Assembly: GCA_963740315.1 (NCBI GenBank)
Contig: CAVUDP010000001.1
Location: 128,001 to 192,000 of the forward strand
Length of the DNA: 64,000 bases
Direction: 5' to 3'
Source: an uncultured cyanobacterium
GTDB lineage: Bacteria > Cyanobacteriota > Cyanobacteriia > Cyanobacteriales > Nostocaceae
Below the pieces are notes generated by a model. The model ran no database searches. It was not told where the DNA came from and saw nothing but the letters and a program-made list of their open reading frames with translations. Shown in pieces: positions 8,760-19,800 of the stretch (the stretch's first letter is position 1; each line of letters begins with the position of its first letter). The position numbers were made by a program, and so were the translations under genes.

Positions 8760-10388
8760 ATGAACACAGCGGTGACTCTACTAACTAAAGAAGCTTCTCA
8801 AGCTCAAAAAGTAGAATTAAAAAAGCACATCAATCGTCAAATGATTGCGATTCTCGATTTTGGTTCTCAATATTCCGAACTGATTGCTCGTAGAATCCGC
8901 GAAACTCAAGTATATTCCGAAGTTCTTTCCTATCGCACCACAGCCGAACAGCTTCGTCAACTTAACCCCAAGGGAATCATTCTTTCAGGTGGACCTAATT
9001 CTGTTTACGATCCGAAAGCTCCCCATTGCGACCCCGAAATATGGCATTTGGGAATCCCGATTTTAGGTGTATGCTACGGTATGCAGCTAATGGTGCAGCA
9101 ACTCGGTGGGGAAGTTACAAAGTCCGATCGCGGCGAGTATGGTAAGGCAGCCTTGTATATAGACGACTCTACAAACTTGCTTACCAATGTTGAAAATGGT
9201 ACTACCATGTGGATGAGTCATGGTGACTCGGTAATCAAAATGCCTTCTGGGTTTGAATTACTAGCTCACACGGCTAATACTCCTTGCGCGGCGATCGCCA
9301 GTCACGAAAAGAAACTTTACGGGGTACAGTTTCATCCAGAAGTAGTACATTCCGTTGGTGGATTCTCGTTAATTCGCAATTTTGTTTATCAAATCTGCAA
9401 AAGCGAACCAACGTGGACAACCGATGCTTTTGTAGAAGAGTCGATTCGGGAAGTTCGCGCTAAAGTTGGCAACAAGCGAGTGCTGTTAGCGCTTAGCGGA
9501 GGAGTTGATTCTTCGACATTGGCATTTTTGATGCATAAAGCAATTGGCAATCAGTTGACTTGCGTTTTCATCGACCAAGGCTTTATGCGAAAATTAGAAC
9601 CCGAACGCTTGCTGAAATTATTTTCAGAACAGTTTCACATTCCCGTCGAATATGTAAACGCCCGCGATCGCTTTATTGGAGCCTTAAGTGGAGTCACCGA
9701 TCCCGAAGAAAAGCGGCGTATCATCGGACACGAATTTATCAAAGTATTTGAAGAGACTTCAAAAGAACTCGGTCCCTTCGATTATTTAGCCCAGGGAACC
9801 TTGTATCCCGACGTAATTGAATCAGCAGATACCAATGTTGACCACAAAATCGGGGAACGAGTAGCAGTAAAAATCAAGAGTCATCACAACGTTGGTGGTT
9901 TACCTAAAGACTTGCGTTTCAAATTAGTAGAACCCCTACGCAAGCTTTTTAAAGACGAAGTTCGCAAAGTTGGAAATTGCGTTGGTTTACCCCAAGAAAT
10001 TGTCCAGCGCCAACCTTTCCCAGGTCCGGGTTTAGCAATTCGGATTCTTGGAGAAGTGACCGCCGAACGGTTAAATATTTTACGAGATGCCGACTTAATC
10101 GTCCGCCAAGAAATTAACCGTAATGACCTGTATAGCGAATACTGGCAAGCTTTCGCAGTATTGCTACCAATTCGGAGCGTAGGTGTCATGGGCGACCAAC
10201 GTACATATGCTTACCCCATAGTTTTACGCATAGTTACCAGCGAAGACGGAATGACAGCAGACTGGGCGCGGGTACCTTACGACGTACTCGAAGTAATTTC
10301 CAATCGCATTGTCAATGAAGTCAAAGGCGTTAATCGAGTAGTCTTTGATATTACATCCAAACCCCCCGGAACTATTGAGTGGGAATAA
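8760..10388 (+). CDS. guaA: GMP synthase (glutamine-hydrolysing)
   Basis: [49 protein letters not shown]. Confidence 0.98.
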   Translation: MNTAVTLLTKEASQAQKVELKKHINRQMIAILDFGSQYSELIARRIRETQVYSEVLSYRTTAEQLRQLNPKGIILSGGPNSVYDPKAPHCDPEIWHLGIPILGVCYGMQLMVQQLGGEVTKSDRGEYGKAALYIDDSTNLLTNVENGTTMWMSHGDSVIKMPSGFELLAHTANTPCAAIASHEKKLYGVQFHPEVVHSVGGFSLIRNFVYQICKSEPTWTTDAFVEESIREVRAKVGNKRVLLALSGGVDSSTLAFLMHKAIGNQLTCVFIDQGFMRKLEPERLLKLFSEQFHIPVEYVNARDRFIGALSGVTDPEEKRRIIGHEFIKVFEETSKELGPFDYLAQGTLYPDVIESADTNVDHKIGERVAVKIKSHHNVGGLPKDLRFKLVEPLRKLFKDEVRKVGNCVGLPQEIVQRQPFPGPGLAIRILGEVTAERLNILRDADLIVRQEINRNDLYSEYWQAFAVLLPIRSVGVMGDQRTYAYPIVLRIVTSEDGMTADWARVPYDVLEVISNRIVNEVKGVNRVVFDITSKPPGTIEWE

Positions 10389-10498
10389 GGAAGTGAGTTA
10401 GGAGTTAAGAGTGAGGAGTTAGGAGTAATTAAAGGTTAAAGGTAAATAGTTATCTGCTTTAAATTTATAACTTTTAACTCATAACTCCTAACTTTTCC

Positions 10499-13400
10499 TC
10501 AAATCGGCAACTTGATCGCAAAACTACTCCCCTTACCTTTACCACGACTGAAAACTTCAATAGTACCTGCGTGGAGTTCGACAATATGACGGCTAATCGC
10601 CAAACCCAATCCTAAACCACCTTTTTTTCTAGTTCCTTCTGCTTGACGATAGCGTTCAAAAACATACGGCAAAAAATCTGGATTAATACCAATTCCCGTA
10701 TCGCTGACAGTAATTTGGGCATATCTAGCAGAATTTAACTTTTGCTGTTCTCCCCCCGTCTCCACGACAGACAATTCTACCTGAATTCGCCCTTCTTCTG
10801 GTGTAAACTTAATGGCGTTGGAAAGTAAATTTCCGAGAACTTGCCCCAAGCGGTTAGAGTCTCCTTGTATTAATGGAAGCGAATCATCAAGGATAGACTC
10901 TATGTAAATTGACTTGACATTTGCAACGGGATATGCAGTGTTGATCGCCCTCTGTACTGTTTCAATAAGATTAATTTGAGTTAGATCGAGATGTATCGTT
11001 CCTCGGAGAATTCGAGACATATCTAATAAGTCTTCGAGAAGTTTGGCTTGGGATTTAGCATTGCGTTCGATAGTTTCTAAAGCGCGAGTGGTGGCGGTTT
11101 CATCGAGGTTGCGAGTTCGTAATAATTTTGCCCAACCGAGAATAGAATTTAATGGCGATCGCAAATCGTGGGATACCATTGCGACAAAATCATCTTTGGC
11201 GTTGTTAGCTGCTTCGGCTGCGGTACGAGCAGTTTGTTCGCGTTGCAAAAGCTCGCTACGTATAGCTTCTAACTGTTTGAGTTCGTGAATATCGGTATTG
11301 GTGCCAAACCATTTTAAAATTTTTCCCTGCTCGTCTTTCATGGGCAATGCTCGGACTAGAAACCAGCGATACATCCCGTCGCAGCGACGATAGCGCATTT
11401 CCGCTTCGTAAAGTTCGCCAGTGGTTAGCGATCGCTGCCATATATGTCTGACAGATTCTGCATCTTCTGGATGCAATAATTCTAACCAGCCAAAATTCAT
11501 TGCTTCTTCAATCGCTTGTCCGGTATATTCAGTCCAGCGCTGAGAAATATACTCGCATTCTCCTTGTGGGTTGCAACTCCAAACTATTTGCGGTATTGAT
11601 TCGGACAAAAATCGATAGGATTGTTCGCTTGAACGTAATTCTAATTGGGCTTGTTTGCGCTCGCTGACATCTAAAATTAAACAAACGCTGTAGCCTTGTG
11701 TTTCTCTACCTTCAATACAGGCGATCGCTAATAAAACAGGAATACGAGTTCCGTCTTTTGCCAAATACTCTTTCTCGAAAGGCTTGCAAACTCCACCAGT
11801 TTGTATTTCTTGCATTTTTTGCTCGTCGAGTTGGGAATATTCCGGTGGAGTCATCCGATTCCAATACAAGGAACCATTTTCTAAATCTTCGCGAGTATAG
11901 CCAAAGGTTTGCAGAAAAGAATCGTTGGCTTCAAAAATTTTGCCGCTAAAGTCGCCGAAATAAATACCAACAATATTTGATTCAATAACACGCCTAAATT
12001 TGGCTTCACTTTCACGTACTTTTTCTAGGGCTTGTTTGCGCTGGCTAATATTTAGAACAAAACAAACGCTGTAGCCTTCTGCTTCTCTACCTTCAATACA
12101 GGCGATCGCTGTTAAGACAGATACGCGAGTACCATCTTTACGAACATATTGCTTCTCGAAAGGGGTACAAACTCCGTTGGTTTCTAATTCTTCCCTTATT
12201 TGCGGAATCATTGCTTGGGATTCGGTTCCCACAATCATTTGATTCCAGTTGAGCAAACCAGCTTCTAAATCTTCGTGATTGTAGCCGACTATCTCTAAAA
12301 AAGCATCGTTGGCTTCATAAATTTTGCCGCTAAAGTCACCAAAGTAAATACCAACAATATTGGATTCTATAATCCGCTTATATTTAGCTTCACTTTGGCG
12401 TAATGCGGTTTCAGCTTGTTTGCGATCGCTAATATCCGTTATCGAACCAACTACCCGCACCGGGCTTGATTGTGCATTACGCACAACGGAACCTCGATCG
12501 AGTACGTAGCGATAATCGCCTTCTTTGTGACGCACGCGATACTCGAAAGTATAATATTCTTGATTTGCAAGAACAGCTTGTAAAGGTTGGAATAAATTAT
12601 TTTTATCTTCAGGATGGACTAACTGCATCCACCATTCAATTGTTGGTTCTATTTCTTCTAAAGAGTAGCCCAAAATAGAAGTTAAACCTTCAGTTCTAAT
12701 AATACTATTAAAAGTAATATCCCAATCGTAAATTACAGAGTCAACCGCACGGGATGCTAGTTGAAAGCGCTCGTTGCTAGAGCGTAATTCTTCTTGAGTT
12801 TGTTTGAGATTGGTAATATCAACTACCGTACCTATAATTTGACGTGGTGAGCCAGCGCGTTGGGGAGACACTGCGTTGGGGAGACACGGGTTCCCCGACT
12901 TGAAGCAAGTGTCGTCGGGTTCCCCGACTTGAAGCGACTGGCGTTCGCGCAGCGTCTCCCGATAGGGAGATACCCGTAAGGGTGAAGCATCGGGGTTTCT
13001 GTTAAACACCGTTTCTCTACCATAAAACCAACGCCATTCACCGTCTTGGTGTCGCAGACGATATTCAATTCCTAGAATTTCCCCATCTGCGGCTGAATCA
13101 AATCTTTGTTGTAATTCGGGTATCCGCGCTAAATCCGAAGGGTGCATGATTCGAGGAAATAATTCTTTTCCCATATCCTGAATTTCTGCGGGTGTATAAC
13201 CCAAAAGTTCGCCGATTTGATTATTTACATAGACATTTTGCTGCTCTACTAAATCGTAAACGTATAATAGTCCCGGAGTCGTATCGGTGATGCTTTCGAT
13301 AAATTGCTTATTTTTTTGTAACTGTTGTTCTGCTTGCTTATTTTCGGTAACATCTCGCCAAGAAGCAACAAACCCATCTCCTAATTTAGTAGCGCGAATA

Positions 13401-14122
13401 TCAAAGACTTTAGTTAACTCAAGATTCCCAAAATCCTTACAAATCGAAGATTCTTTAACTAAAACTTCACCCCTTTCCACAACTTGACAATACTCTTCAA
13501 ATAAACCCGTGGTAATATTGACCGGAAAGAGTTCGCACAGCCTTTTACCTAGCTGCTCTTCTTTAGTTGTTTGATTACATTCACAAGCTGCGGCATTTAC
13601 ATAATCAATCCGGAAATCGACAATATTACCTGCTTCATCCCGAATGCTGGAGAAAATACCGAAGCAATCCAACATATTCTCTACGGAAGTGCGGAAACGC
13701 TCGTCGCTACAACGCCTAAATATTTCAGCTTTTTGAGTATTTAAGACAGCTGATTCAATAGTAGAATTTAAAAGTTCTGCCGTTACTTGTTCCTTGACTA
13801 AATAATCTTCAAAACCGCTTTTAATTGCTCGTACTGCCACATTTTCATTACCACACCCAGTTATCATAATTACGGGTGGAGTTTCTTGCTGCTGTTTCAA
13901 TCTTGTTAGAAATTCTAATCCGTCCATATCTGGCAGCAGGTATTCCACTAAAATCAAGTCAGGCTGCAACCTTTGATGTAAATCTAATGCTGCTTTCCCG
14001 CTTGATTCCGACAAAATTCTGTATCCACATTCCGATTGCAGCAGGTAGCTTTCATACCTCTGGCGCTCTTCAAAATTATTGTCGATAATCAAAATCGTGA
14101 GTTGTTGCATGATTGCCAACAA
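10499..14122 (-). CDS. hybrid sensor histidine kinase (REC, multiple PAS, HisKA, HATPase) carrying a 45-aa repeat-derived insertion
   Basis: N-terminal receiver-like domain, several PAS/PAC repeats (HPSD, HPED, YRWF), VSHDLRSPL H-box, NLLSNAIKFT, DTGIGI, GLGLGL. Confidence 0.92.
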   Translation of the reverse strand: MLAIMQQLTILIIDNNFEERQRYESYLLQSECGYRILSESSGKAALDLHQRLQPDLILVEYLLPDMDGLEFLTRLKQQQETPPVIMITGCGNENVAVRAIKSGFEDYLVKEQVTAELLNSTIESAVLNTQKAEIFRRCSDERFRTSVENMLDCFGIFSSIRDEAGNIVDFRIDYVNAAACECNQTTKEEQLGKRLCELFPVNITTGLFEEYCQVVERGEVLVKESSICKDFGNLELTKVFDIRATKLGDGFVASWRDVTENKQAEQQLQKNKQFIESITDTTPGLLYVYDLVEQQNVYVNNQIGELLGYTPAEIQDMGKELFPRIMHPSDLARIPELQQRFDSAADGEILGIEYRLRHQDGEWRWFYGRETVFNRNPDASPLRVSPYRETLRERQSLQVGEPDDTCFKSGNPCLPNAVSPQRAGSPRQIIGTVVDITNLKQTQEELRSSNERFQLASRAVDSVIYDWDITFNSIIRTEGLTSILGYSLEEIEPTIEWWMQLVHPEDKNNLFQPLQAVLANQEYYTFEYRVRHKEGDYRYVLDRGSVVRNAQSSPVRVVGSITDISDRKQAETALRQSEAKYKRIIESNIVGIYFGDFSGKIYEANDAFLEIVGYNHEDLEAGLLNWNQMIVGTESQAMIPQIREELETNGVCTPFEKQYVRKDGTRVSVLTAIACIEGREAEGYSVCFVLNISQRKQALEKVRESEAKFRRVIESNIVGIYFGDFSGKIFEANDSFLQTFGYTREDLENGSLYWNRMTPPEYSQLDEQKMQEIQTGGVCKPFEKEYLAKDGTRIPVLLAIACIEGRETQGYSVCLILDVSERKQAQLELRSSEQSYRFLSESIPQIVWSCNPQGECEYISQRWTEYTGQAIEEAMNFGWLELLHPEDAESVRHIWQRSLTTGELYEAEMRYRRCDGMYRWFLVRALPMKDEQGKILKWFGTNTDIHELKQLEAIRSELLQREQTARTAAEAANNAKDDFVAMVSHDLRSPLNSILGWAKLLRTRNLDETATTRALETIERNAKSQAKLLEDLLDMSRILRGTIHLDLTQINLIETVQRAINTAYPVANVKSIYIESILDDSLPLIQGDSNRLGQVLGNLLSNAIKFTPEEGRIQVELSVVETGGEQQKLNSARYAQITVSDTGIGINPDFLPYVFERYRQAEGTRKKGGLGLGLAISRHIVELHAGTIEVFSRGKGKGSSFAIKLPI
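12851..12985. repeat. nested small dispersed repeat (SDR-like) cassette, 135 bp, in frame within the kinase
   Basis: cgggttccccgacttgaagc twice, gcgttggggagaca twice, hairpins tctccc-gata-gggaga and accc-gtaa-gggt; GGTGA at 12846-12850 and 12981-12985. Confidence 0.85.
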
Positions 14123-14927
14123 AAGGGATTAAAAATAACTCTAAATTTAGCAACAAGTAATTCATTTAAAATTACTACAATTAAAATTTCGATTCGGCAA
14201 ATAAATACAGCAAGCAATAATACAACATTGATACCTAAATTGAACCGAATTAAACCAACCGCAATATAAATAGAAATGAATTTATTTTAAACAATTCTTA
14301 ACTTATTGAAAATTAATCAAAGTAAATATTTTTTATTTAATAAAAATTAATATTTTATTGTCATTATTTTACTATGACTATAGTATTTTGTAAAATATAA
14401 TAATTATTTTTTAACAACTATAATTTAGGCAAGCAATTCCTAGCTAAGAAAACAAAAGTTTAAAATTGGGTTTTAGAGGCAATTCCGATTCAATTTAGAA
14501 GTAGACGGTTCGAGATGAATCAAAATAGGAGTATTCCTGCGGATTTGAGTTTATAGTACGTTAGCGTACATGGAAGGGAAGAAAGCAAGATACTCTTACT
14601 ACAGTATATTTTTTCTTTCTTTGGATGCCAGCATCAAAATCCTTGCTGGATTAAACTTTTATTATGAACGAGATATGACTTCTTAGAGTAATGCGATCGC
14701 GCTTTACCAACCGCTTCAAATTTAGTTCGTAGAAATGTTCTCGATCGGGTAATATAAAATTTTATTGGCAGTTAATTAAAAGAAACATATATATCTTTTC
14801 TATTCCCCGTGTTTCTCGATCTTATTAGCCCGGTTTTGCCTAAATTTTAAATTATAAAATAAATTACAAATTATCGTGTCCCATATAGAGGGAAAATAGA
14901 AAACCAAGATGTTTTGATAAATAGTTC

Positions 14928-15281
14928 ATGTCTGCAAATCATTTGACACTTAACCTAGTTGAAGGTTCCGTATCTTTTAACTTTTCACCCGCAGCGGCAC
15001 GAGAATTAAAAGCGGCTATAGATGAATTGATGCAAAAACTTAAGGCTGTTGCGGCTAAAGCTGCGGCAGCCGGAGGTAAACCAAATCCTCAATCGCCGAT
15101 GGAATACCGTCATACGGGAGAAATCTTTCTAGAAATTTTTTGCAATCCAAATATCTGGGCTAGCCCTTTCGCTGCAAAAGTTTTACTTACCGTGCGAGAT
15201 GCGAGTATCCGCTTGACAACCGAAGCTGAGCTTACCCGCCTTATAGAAGATATCAACCAGTATTTAGAACAAACTAGTTAA
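14928..15281 (+). CDS. conserved hypothetical cyanobacterial protein
   Basis: 117 aa ORF with [24 protein letters not shown] motif. Confidence 0.75.
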   Translation: MSANHLTLNLVEGSVSFNFSPAAARELKAAIDELMQKLKAVAAKAAAAGGKPNPQSPMEYRHTGEIFLEIFCNPNIWASPFAAKVLLTVRDASIRLTTEAELTRLIEDINQYLEQTS

Positions 15282-15647
15282 GGAATATAACAACCCATAA
15301 AAAATAGTTCATGGCTAATTACAACTTTGTTATTAGTCATGGGCAAAACGCGAGATAATAAATAAGTACATTCAAAGCGTAAAACTAAAAAACATAGAAT
15401 TATATCAATAAATAGCTATAAGGTAGAAGCAGAATTTAAAAAAATCTTGGAAATGAGGTAAAAAGTTACAGTACAAGTATTTGAATTTCTTATTCTAATT
15501 TTTCTAGTAATATCTTAATGACCGATAATTTAATCCTCCATATTACCAGAATTTTCACCTTGTAATACTAATTTTTTTAATAGGACTCAATATAACATTG
15601 CGAATACACTAGCCACTGCCACTTTTTATTTACACCAAAAATCTTGC

Positions 15648-16715
15648 ATGGAGATCGGAGTTATGAAGAAATACGATCGATTTTTCAACTCAAAAGAAAC
15701 ATTAAAAGAGTCACTCAATCGAGAAGAAGCAGTGGCTACAGTTGCACTTATAACCGCCGCCGCCGATACTTCCTTAGAAGATATAGATATCGAATTTTTG
15801 GTTGATGTGCTTTGGGGATTCGAGATTTTTGAAGAATATTCGGATGAAGATTTATTAGAAATGCTTAATAAACTTCTAAAGTTAGCCGGAAAAAAAGGAC
15901 CGGGAGCGCTGTTTAATGCTGCGAACGATCGACTCGACGATGAATCATCAGAAGATGCTTTTGCCGCAGGAGTAAGTGTAATCATAGACGAAGAAGAAAT
16001 GCAGATTCCCAAAGCAAAAATGCCTTTGCTAAAAAGTTTACAGCAAGCTTTAGAATTTGATGATGATGAAGCACAAGAAATTATCGAAGATGTAATTGCT
16101 GCCTTCGAGGAAGCAGAATTAGAAGAATTGCTGGAAGACGAAGACGAAACAATAGTTGATATAGCCTTTAATATTGATGAATATGATTCTCCATCAGATA
16201 ACTTTACAGTTCCGTTTCCAGTAGATCCTCATCAAGGCGGTAAAGTTCAAAGTCAAGAAGGCGCAGTTAGTTTTTCTGATGATGAAGGTACTTTTTTAAG
16301 AATTGATTATTATTGTTTACCTTCCAAAGAGATAGAACAAATGGAAGCGATCGGACAAGAAGATTATTTAAAATCTACTCTTGTAAACAAATATATTCCT
16401 GAAGAAATAGTCGCGAATTTGCCAGAAGCACAGGTTGAATATACTGAATATATGCCAAAAACCTTAGAAGGTTCTTATTTTGTGCTGCTTTATATGCCTG
16501 GAGGTTCAAGAACTTATAAAACAGGAAATAACGGTACCGCGACAAAGTTAGATGCCTATCGAGGATTGATTGCATTTATTAACGGCGACTTTCTTTATAT
16601 AGTTAGCAGTCAACGTACATTTATGGATGGAAAAACTGCTAGTTTTATGAAGCAAGAAGCCGTTGCCCTCAAGCAGATGATTTTAGATTTTGTCGAAACT
16701 ATAGAATTTAGTTAA
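15648..16715 (+). CDS. TerB-like N-terminal domain protein with uncharacterised C-terminal domain
   Basis: acidic helical N-half (EAVATVALITAAAD, KSLQQALEF) resembling the tellurite-resistance TerB fold; long ORF. Confidence 0.55.
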   Translation: MEIGVMKKYDRFFNSKETLKESLNREEAVATVALITAAADTSLEDIDIEFLVDVLWGFEIFEEYSDEDLLEMLNKLLKLAGKKGPGALFNAANDRLDDESSEDAFAAGVSVIIDEEEMQIPKAKMPLLKSLQQALEFDDDEAQEIIEDVIAAFEEAELEELLEDEDETIVDIAFNIDEYDSPSDNFTVPFPVDPHQGGKVQSQEGAVSFSDDEGTFLRIDYYCLPSKEIEQMEAIGQEDYLKSTLVNKYIPEEIVANLPEAQVEYTEYMPKTLEGSYFVLLYMPGGSRTYKTGNNGTATKLDAYRGLIAFINGDFLYIVSSQRTFMDGKTASFMKQEAVALKQMILDFVETIEFS

Positions 16716-16748
16716 ATAAATCGTTGTATTTAGTTTTTGATTATCAAG

Positions 16749-17200
16749 GTTCGTAGTAAGGGCTTTAGCGCTCGTATTTGGGGAACCTAAGCCCTTACTA
16801 CAAATATATCAAAATTAATGAAAAGGATCGCTAGTAGTCTATTTCATTAATTCTGCCGGGTGGGCATCCAACCCGCCAGGGACTGTAAGTCCCTGTCTAA
16901 TAGCGAAAGTCCTCTTAAGAGGACTGAGGAAGTACCCCTCATAACTTATGTGGTTGAGTACTAGTAGTCTATTTCATTAATTCTGAAGGGTAAAAGGTTC
17001 GTAGTAAGGGCATTGCTTCCCTCCAGATTTAGTACTAAAATCGGCACGTCGAACCAATCAAATTCAATGCAATCAACTACTAGTGGTTCGTCCAATTAAT
17101 TCCGATCGGCTCGTAGTGATGATTTGTTACCCGGCATAAAAGGGCTAAAGCCCTTACTACGAACCTTTATGACCGATCGCATTTAATGGAGTGAAGTAGT
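16749..17200. mobile_element. cluster of MITE/REP-like palindromic repeats
   Basis: gttcgtagtaagggc...gcccttactac(a/g)aa units; ctagtagtctatttcattaattctg twice (16831, 16961); ggactgtaagtcc...aagtcctcttaagaggact unit also at 55709. Confidence 0.75.
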
Positions 17201-17235
17201 AAGTATATTTTCAAAAATAATTTACAATCTAAATA

Positions 17236-19707
17236 CTAAGTCAAAATAGTTCCACCCATTAACTTTTCATAACGGTATTTCAACTCTTCTTTCATTAATT
17301 GCCACTGCTCTAAACTTGCGTCTATTTCTATTACTTTTTCCGCTGCTTGACGCGCTAAAACTAATACTTCTTCGTCTTCTACTAAACTTGCTAAAGTAAA
17401 ATCTGGGATACCCGATTGTCGAGTTCCTAAAACTTGTCCGGGACCTCGAAAACGCATATCCATTTCTGATATAAAAAACCCGTCTTGTGACTGTTCTAAT
17501 ACTTTTAATCTTTGCTGAGCGTCGCCACTGCGAGAACTGCTGACTAAAAGACAAAAGGATTGCGCCGCACCTCTACCAACACGTCCCCGCAATTGATGCA
17601 GCTGCGATAAACCGAATCTTTCCGCGTTTTCAATTAGCATTACCGTTGCATTCGGAACATCTACACCAACTTCTACCACGGTAGTAGAGACTAAAATTTG
17701 GGTTTCCCGATCGCGGAATTTGCTAATTGCTGCGTCTTTGTCGGCGGAACTCATGCGTCCGTGGAGCAATCCCACCTGAAATTCGGGGAATACTGCTTCC
17801 TGTAACTTTTTATGCTCTTCTACGGCGGAACGTAAATCTAATTTTTCCGATTCTTCCACCAAGGGCAAGACTACATAAACCTGTCTCCCTTGAGCAATTT
17901 CTCGACGAATTAAGTCGTAAGCGTGACTGCGATCGCCTGCTTTCAAAGCTGTAGTTTTTATCTTTTGTCTTCCCGGTGGTAGCTCATCAATTTGACTCAC
18001 ATCTAAGTCGCCGTGAATAGTCAGCGCTAAGGTTCTTGGAATCGGAGTCGCGGTCATAGTTAATACATGGGGCTGCTCGCCTTTTTGCTGCAACCGCGCT
18101 CGTTGCTCTACCCCAAAGCGATGCTGTTCGTCAATTACCACCAAACCCAATCGCTGGAAGTTTACGGGGTCTTGAATCAAAGCATGAGTACCAACTAAAA
18201 GCGGTAATTCTCCGGTTTCTAACTGGGCGTGGATTTGTCGCCTTTTTGCAACTTTAGTGGAGCCAGTCAGTAATTCTACTGGTAAATGCAGCAAGTTAAA
18301 CCAGTTAACCAACTTACGATAATGTTGTTCTGCTAAAACTTCCGTGGGAGCCATCAACGCCGCTTGATACCCCGATTGAATCGCCGCAATAATCGCCACC
18401 ACTGCCACAACGGTTTTACCAGAACCCACATCTCCCTGCACCAAACGATTCATCGGTGCGGGTTTTTGTAAATCGTTGAGAATATCTTGAATAACTCGTT
18501 CCTGTGCCCCCGTCAACTTAAACGGTAATATTTCATGAAACTGCTGCAATAACTCACCTTTGGGGGCAAGAATCGCACTAGTTTGAACTTGACGCGCTTT
18601 TTGCTGACGTTGCAATAAACCAAGTTGCAGGTAGAAAAATTCATCAAACACCAAACGACGGCGTGCCGATCGCAAACTATCGCTATCGGCAGGGAAATGA
18701 ATATTGGCGATCGCGTCTTTTAATTCCATCAACTGATATTTCGTTCGCAAACCTTTTGGTAAAGGTTCTTTCAAAAGCGCGGTTGCTGGTAAAGCCGCAA
18801 CTACCGCCTGTCGCACCGTACTCGCTACCAATCCCTCTGTCAAAGAATACACCGGCACAACTCTACCAACAGTCAGCGATTCAATTTCATCCCCCGGATT
18901 CGCTAAAACTTCCAACTCTGGATTATCGAGAGTCAACCCGTACTTGCTTTCCTTTACCAAACCACAGGCAGCCAAAGTACTTCCAGCAGCATAGCGACGC
19001 TTCATACTTTCTTGCCAACCACGACTGCTGTAACGAGCGCCTGCGTAAAAACGACTAATTTTTAAAATACCGGAGTTATCTTTTAACTGAATTTCTAAAA
19101 TCGATAATTTCTTATTTTTAGGGCTGCAAAAGCAGTTACAGCGCTTCACTGTTGCTACCAAAGTTACCGTTTCACCTGCCTGCAACTGAGCGATACACAC
19201 TTGATTCGCATAGTCAATATGGTCGCGGGGATAGTAAAACAGTAAATCGCGCACCGTATCCAAACCCAGACGCTGTAATTTACTCGCCTTTCTAAAACCA
19301 ATTTCCGGTAAATCGCTGAGTTTTTGGTCTAAATCGGGTGCAAGTCGCCGACTCACCTCCGCAACAATCTTAGTTTTAGGAATTTGGACTTTTGGTGCTG
19401 AATTATAATTATCGGCTTGTGCCCCTTCCCTTTCCCTTTGCTGCAAAGCATAAAGATAGCGGCGAGCTTCCGCCACCAAATGTTGTCTATCTTCAGTTTC
19501 CAGATGCGGATAATTTGCAAACTTACCAGCAAAATCCAGCCAGCGACGACGTTCTTCCGTAGGTAAGCCGACAGGAAACTTGCCAAAAGTTAAAGTCAGA
19601 AATTCATTAAAAAGGTATTCTCTACCCTTCAAATTAATAAAACCCCGTTCCGTTTCCACCGTCAGGGCTTTTTGCAATCTTATCCAATCTGGTTTTTCGT
19701 CATTCAT
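17236..19707 (-). CDS. recG: ATP-dependent DNA helicase RecG
   Basis: QGDVGSGKT, APTEVLAEQH, DEQHRFG, MTATPIPRT, QLRGRVGRG; cyanobacterial N-terminal extension. Confidence 0.97.
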   Translation of the reverse strand: MNDEKPDWIRLQKALTVETERGFINLKGREYLFNEFLTLTFGKFPVGLPTEERRRWLDFAGKFANYPHLETEDRQHLVAEARRYLYALQQREREGAQADNYNSAPKVQIPKTKIVAEVSRRLAPDLDQKLSDLPEIGFRKASKLQRLGLDTVRDLLFYYPRDHIDYANQVCIAQLQAGETVTLVATVKRCNCFCSPKNKKLSILEIQLKDNSGILKISRFYAGARYSSRGWQESMKRRYAAGSTLAACGLVKESKYGLTLDNPELEVLANPGDEIESLTVGRVVPVYSLTEGLVASTVRQAVVAALPATALLKEPLPKGLRTKYQLMELKDAIANIHFPADSDSLRSARRRLVFDEFFYLQLGLLQRQQKARQVQTSAILAPKGELLQQFHEILPFKLTGAQERVIQDILNDLQKPAPMNRLVQGDVGSGKTVVAVVAIIAAIQSGYQAALMAPTEVLAEQHYRKLVNWFNLLHLPVELLTGSTKVAKRRQIHAQLETGELPLLVGTHALIQDPVNFQRLGLVVIDEQHRFGVEQRARLQQKGEQPHVLTMTATPIPRTLALTIHGDLDVSQIDELPPGRQKIKTTALKAGDRSHAYDLIRREIAQGRQVYVVLPLVEESEKLDLRSAVEEHKKLQEAVFPEFQVGLLHGRMSSADKDAAISKFRDRETQILVSTTVVEVGVDVPNATVMLIENAERFGLSQLHQLRGRVGRGAAQSFCLLVSSSRSGDAQQRLKVLEQSQDGFFISEMDMRFRGPGQVLGTRQSGIPDFTLASLVEDEEVLVLARQAAEKVIEIDASLEQWQLMKEELKYRYEKLMGGTILT

Positions 19708-19800
19708 TGGTTGTTAGTTGTTAGTTGTTAGTTGTTAGTTATTGGATATAAAAATAATTAATCAACTCTTAATTCATAACTCCTAACTCCTAACTTTTAT

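Noticed and set aside
12832..13068. Independent 78-aa ORF over the repeat insertion
   Set aside because: Alternative frame inside the kinase gene with no recognisable motif
16830..17110. CRISPR-like array from recurring tagtagtctatttcattaattctg
   Set aside because: Only two near-identical copies plus one degenerate, spacing about 120-130 bp, intervening DNA is itself repetitive, and no cas genes; better explained as stacked MITE ends
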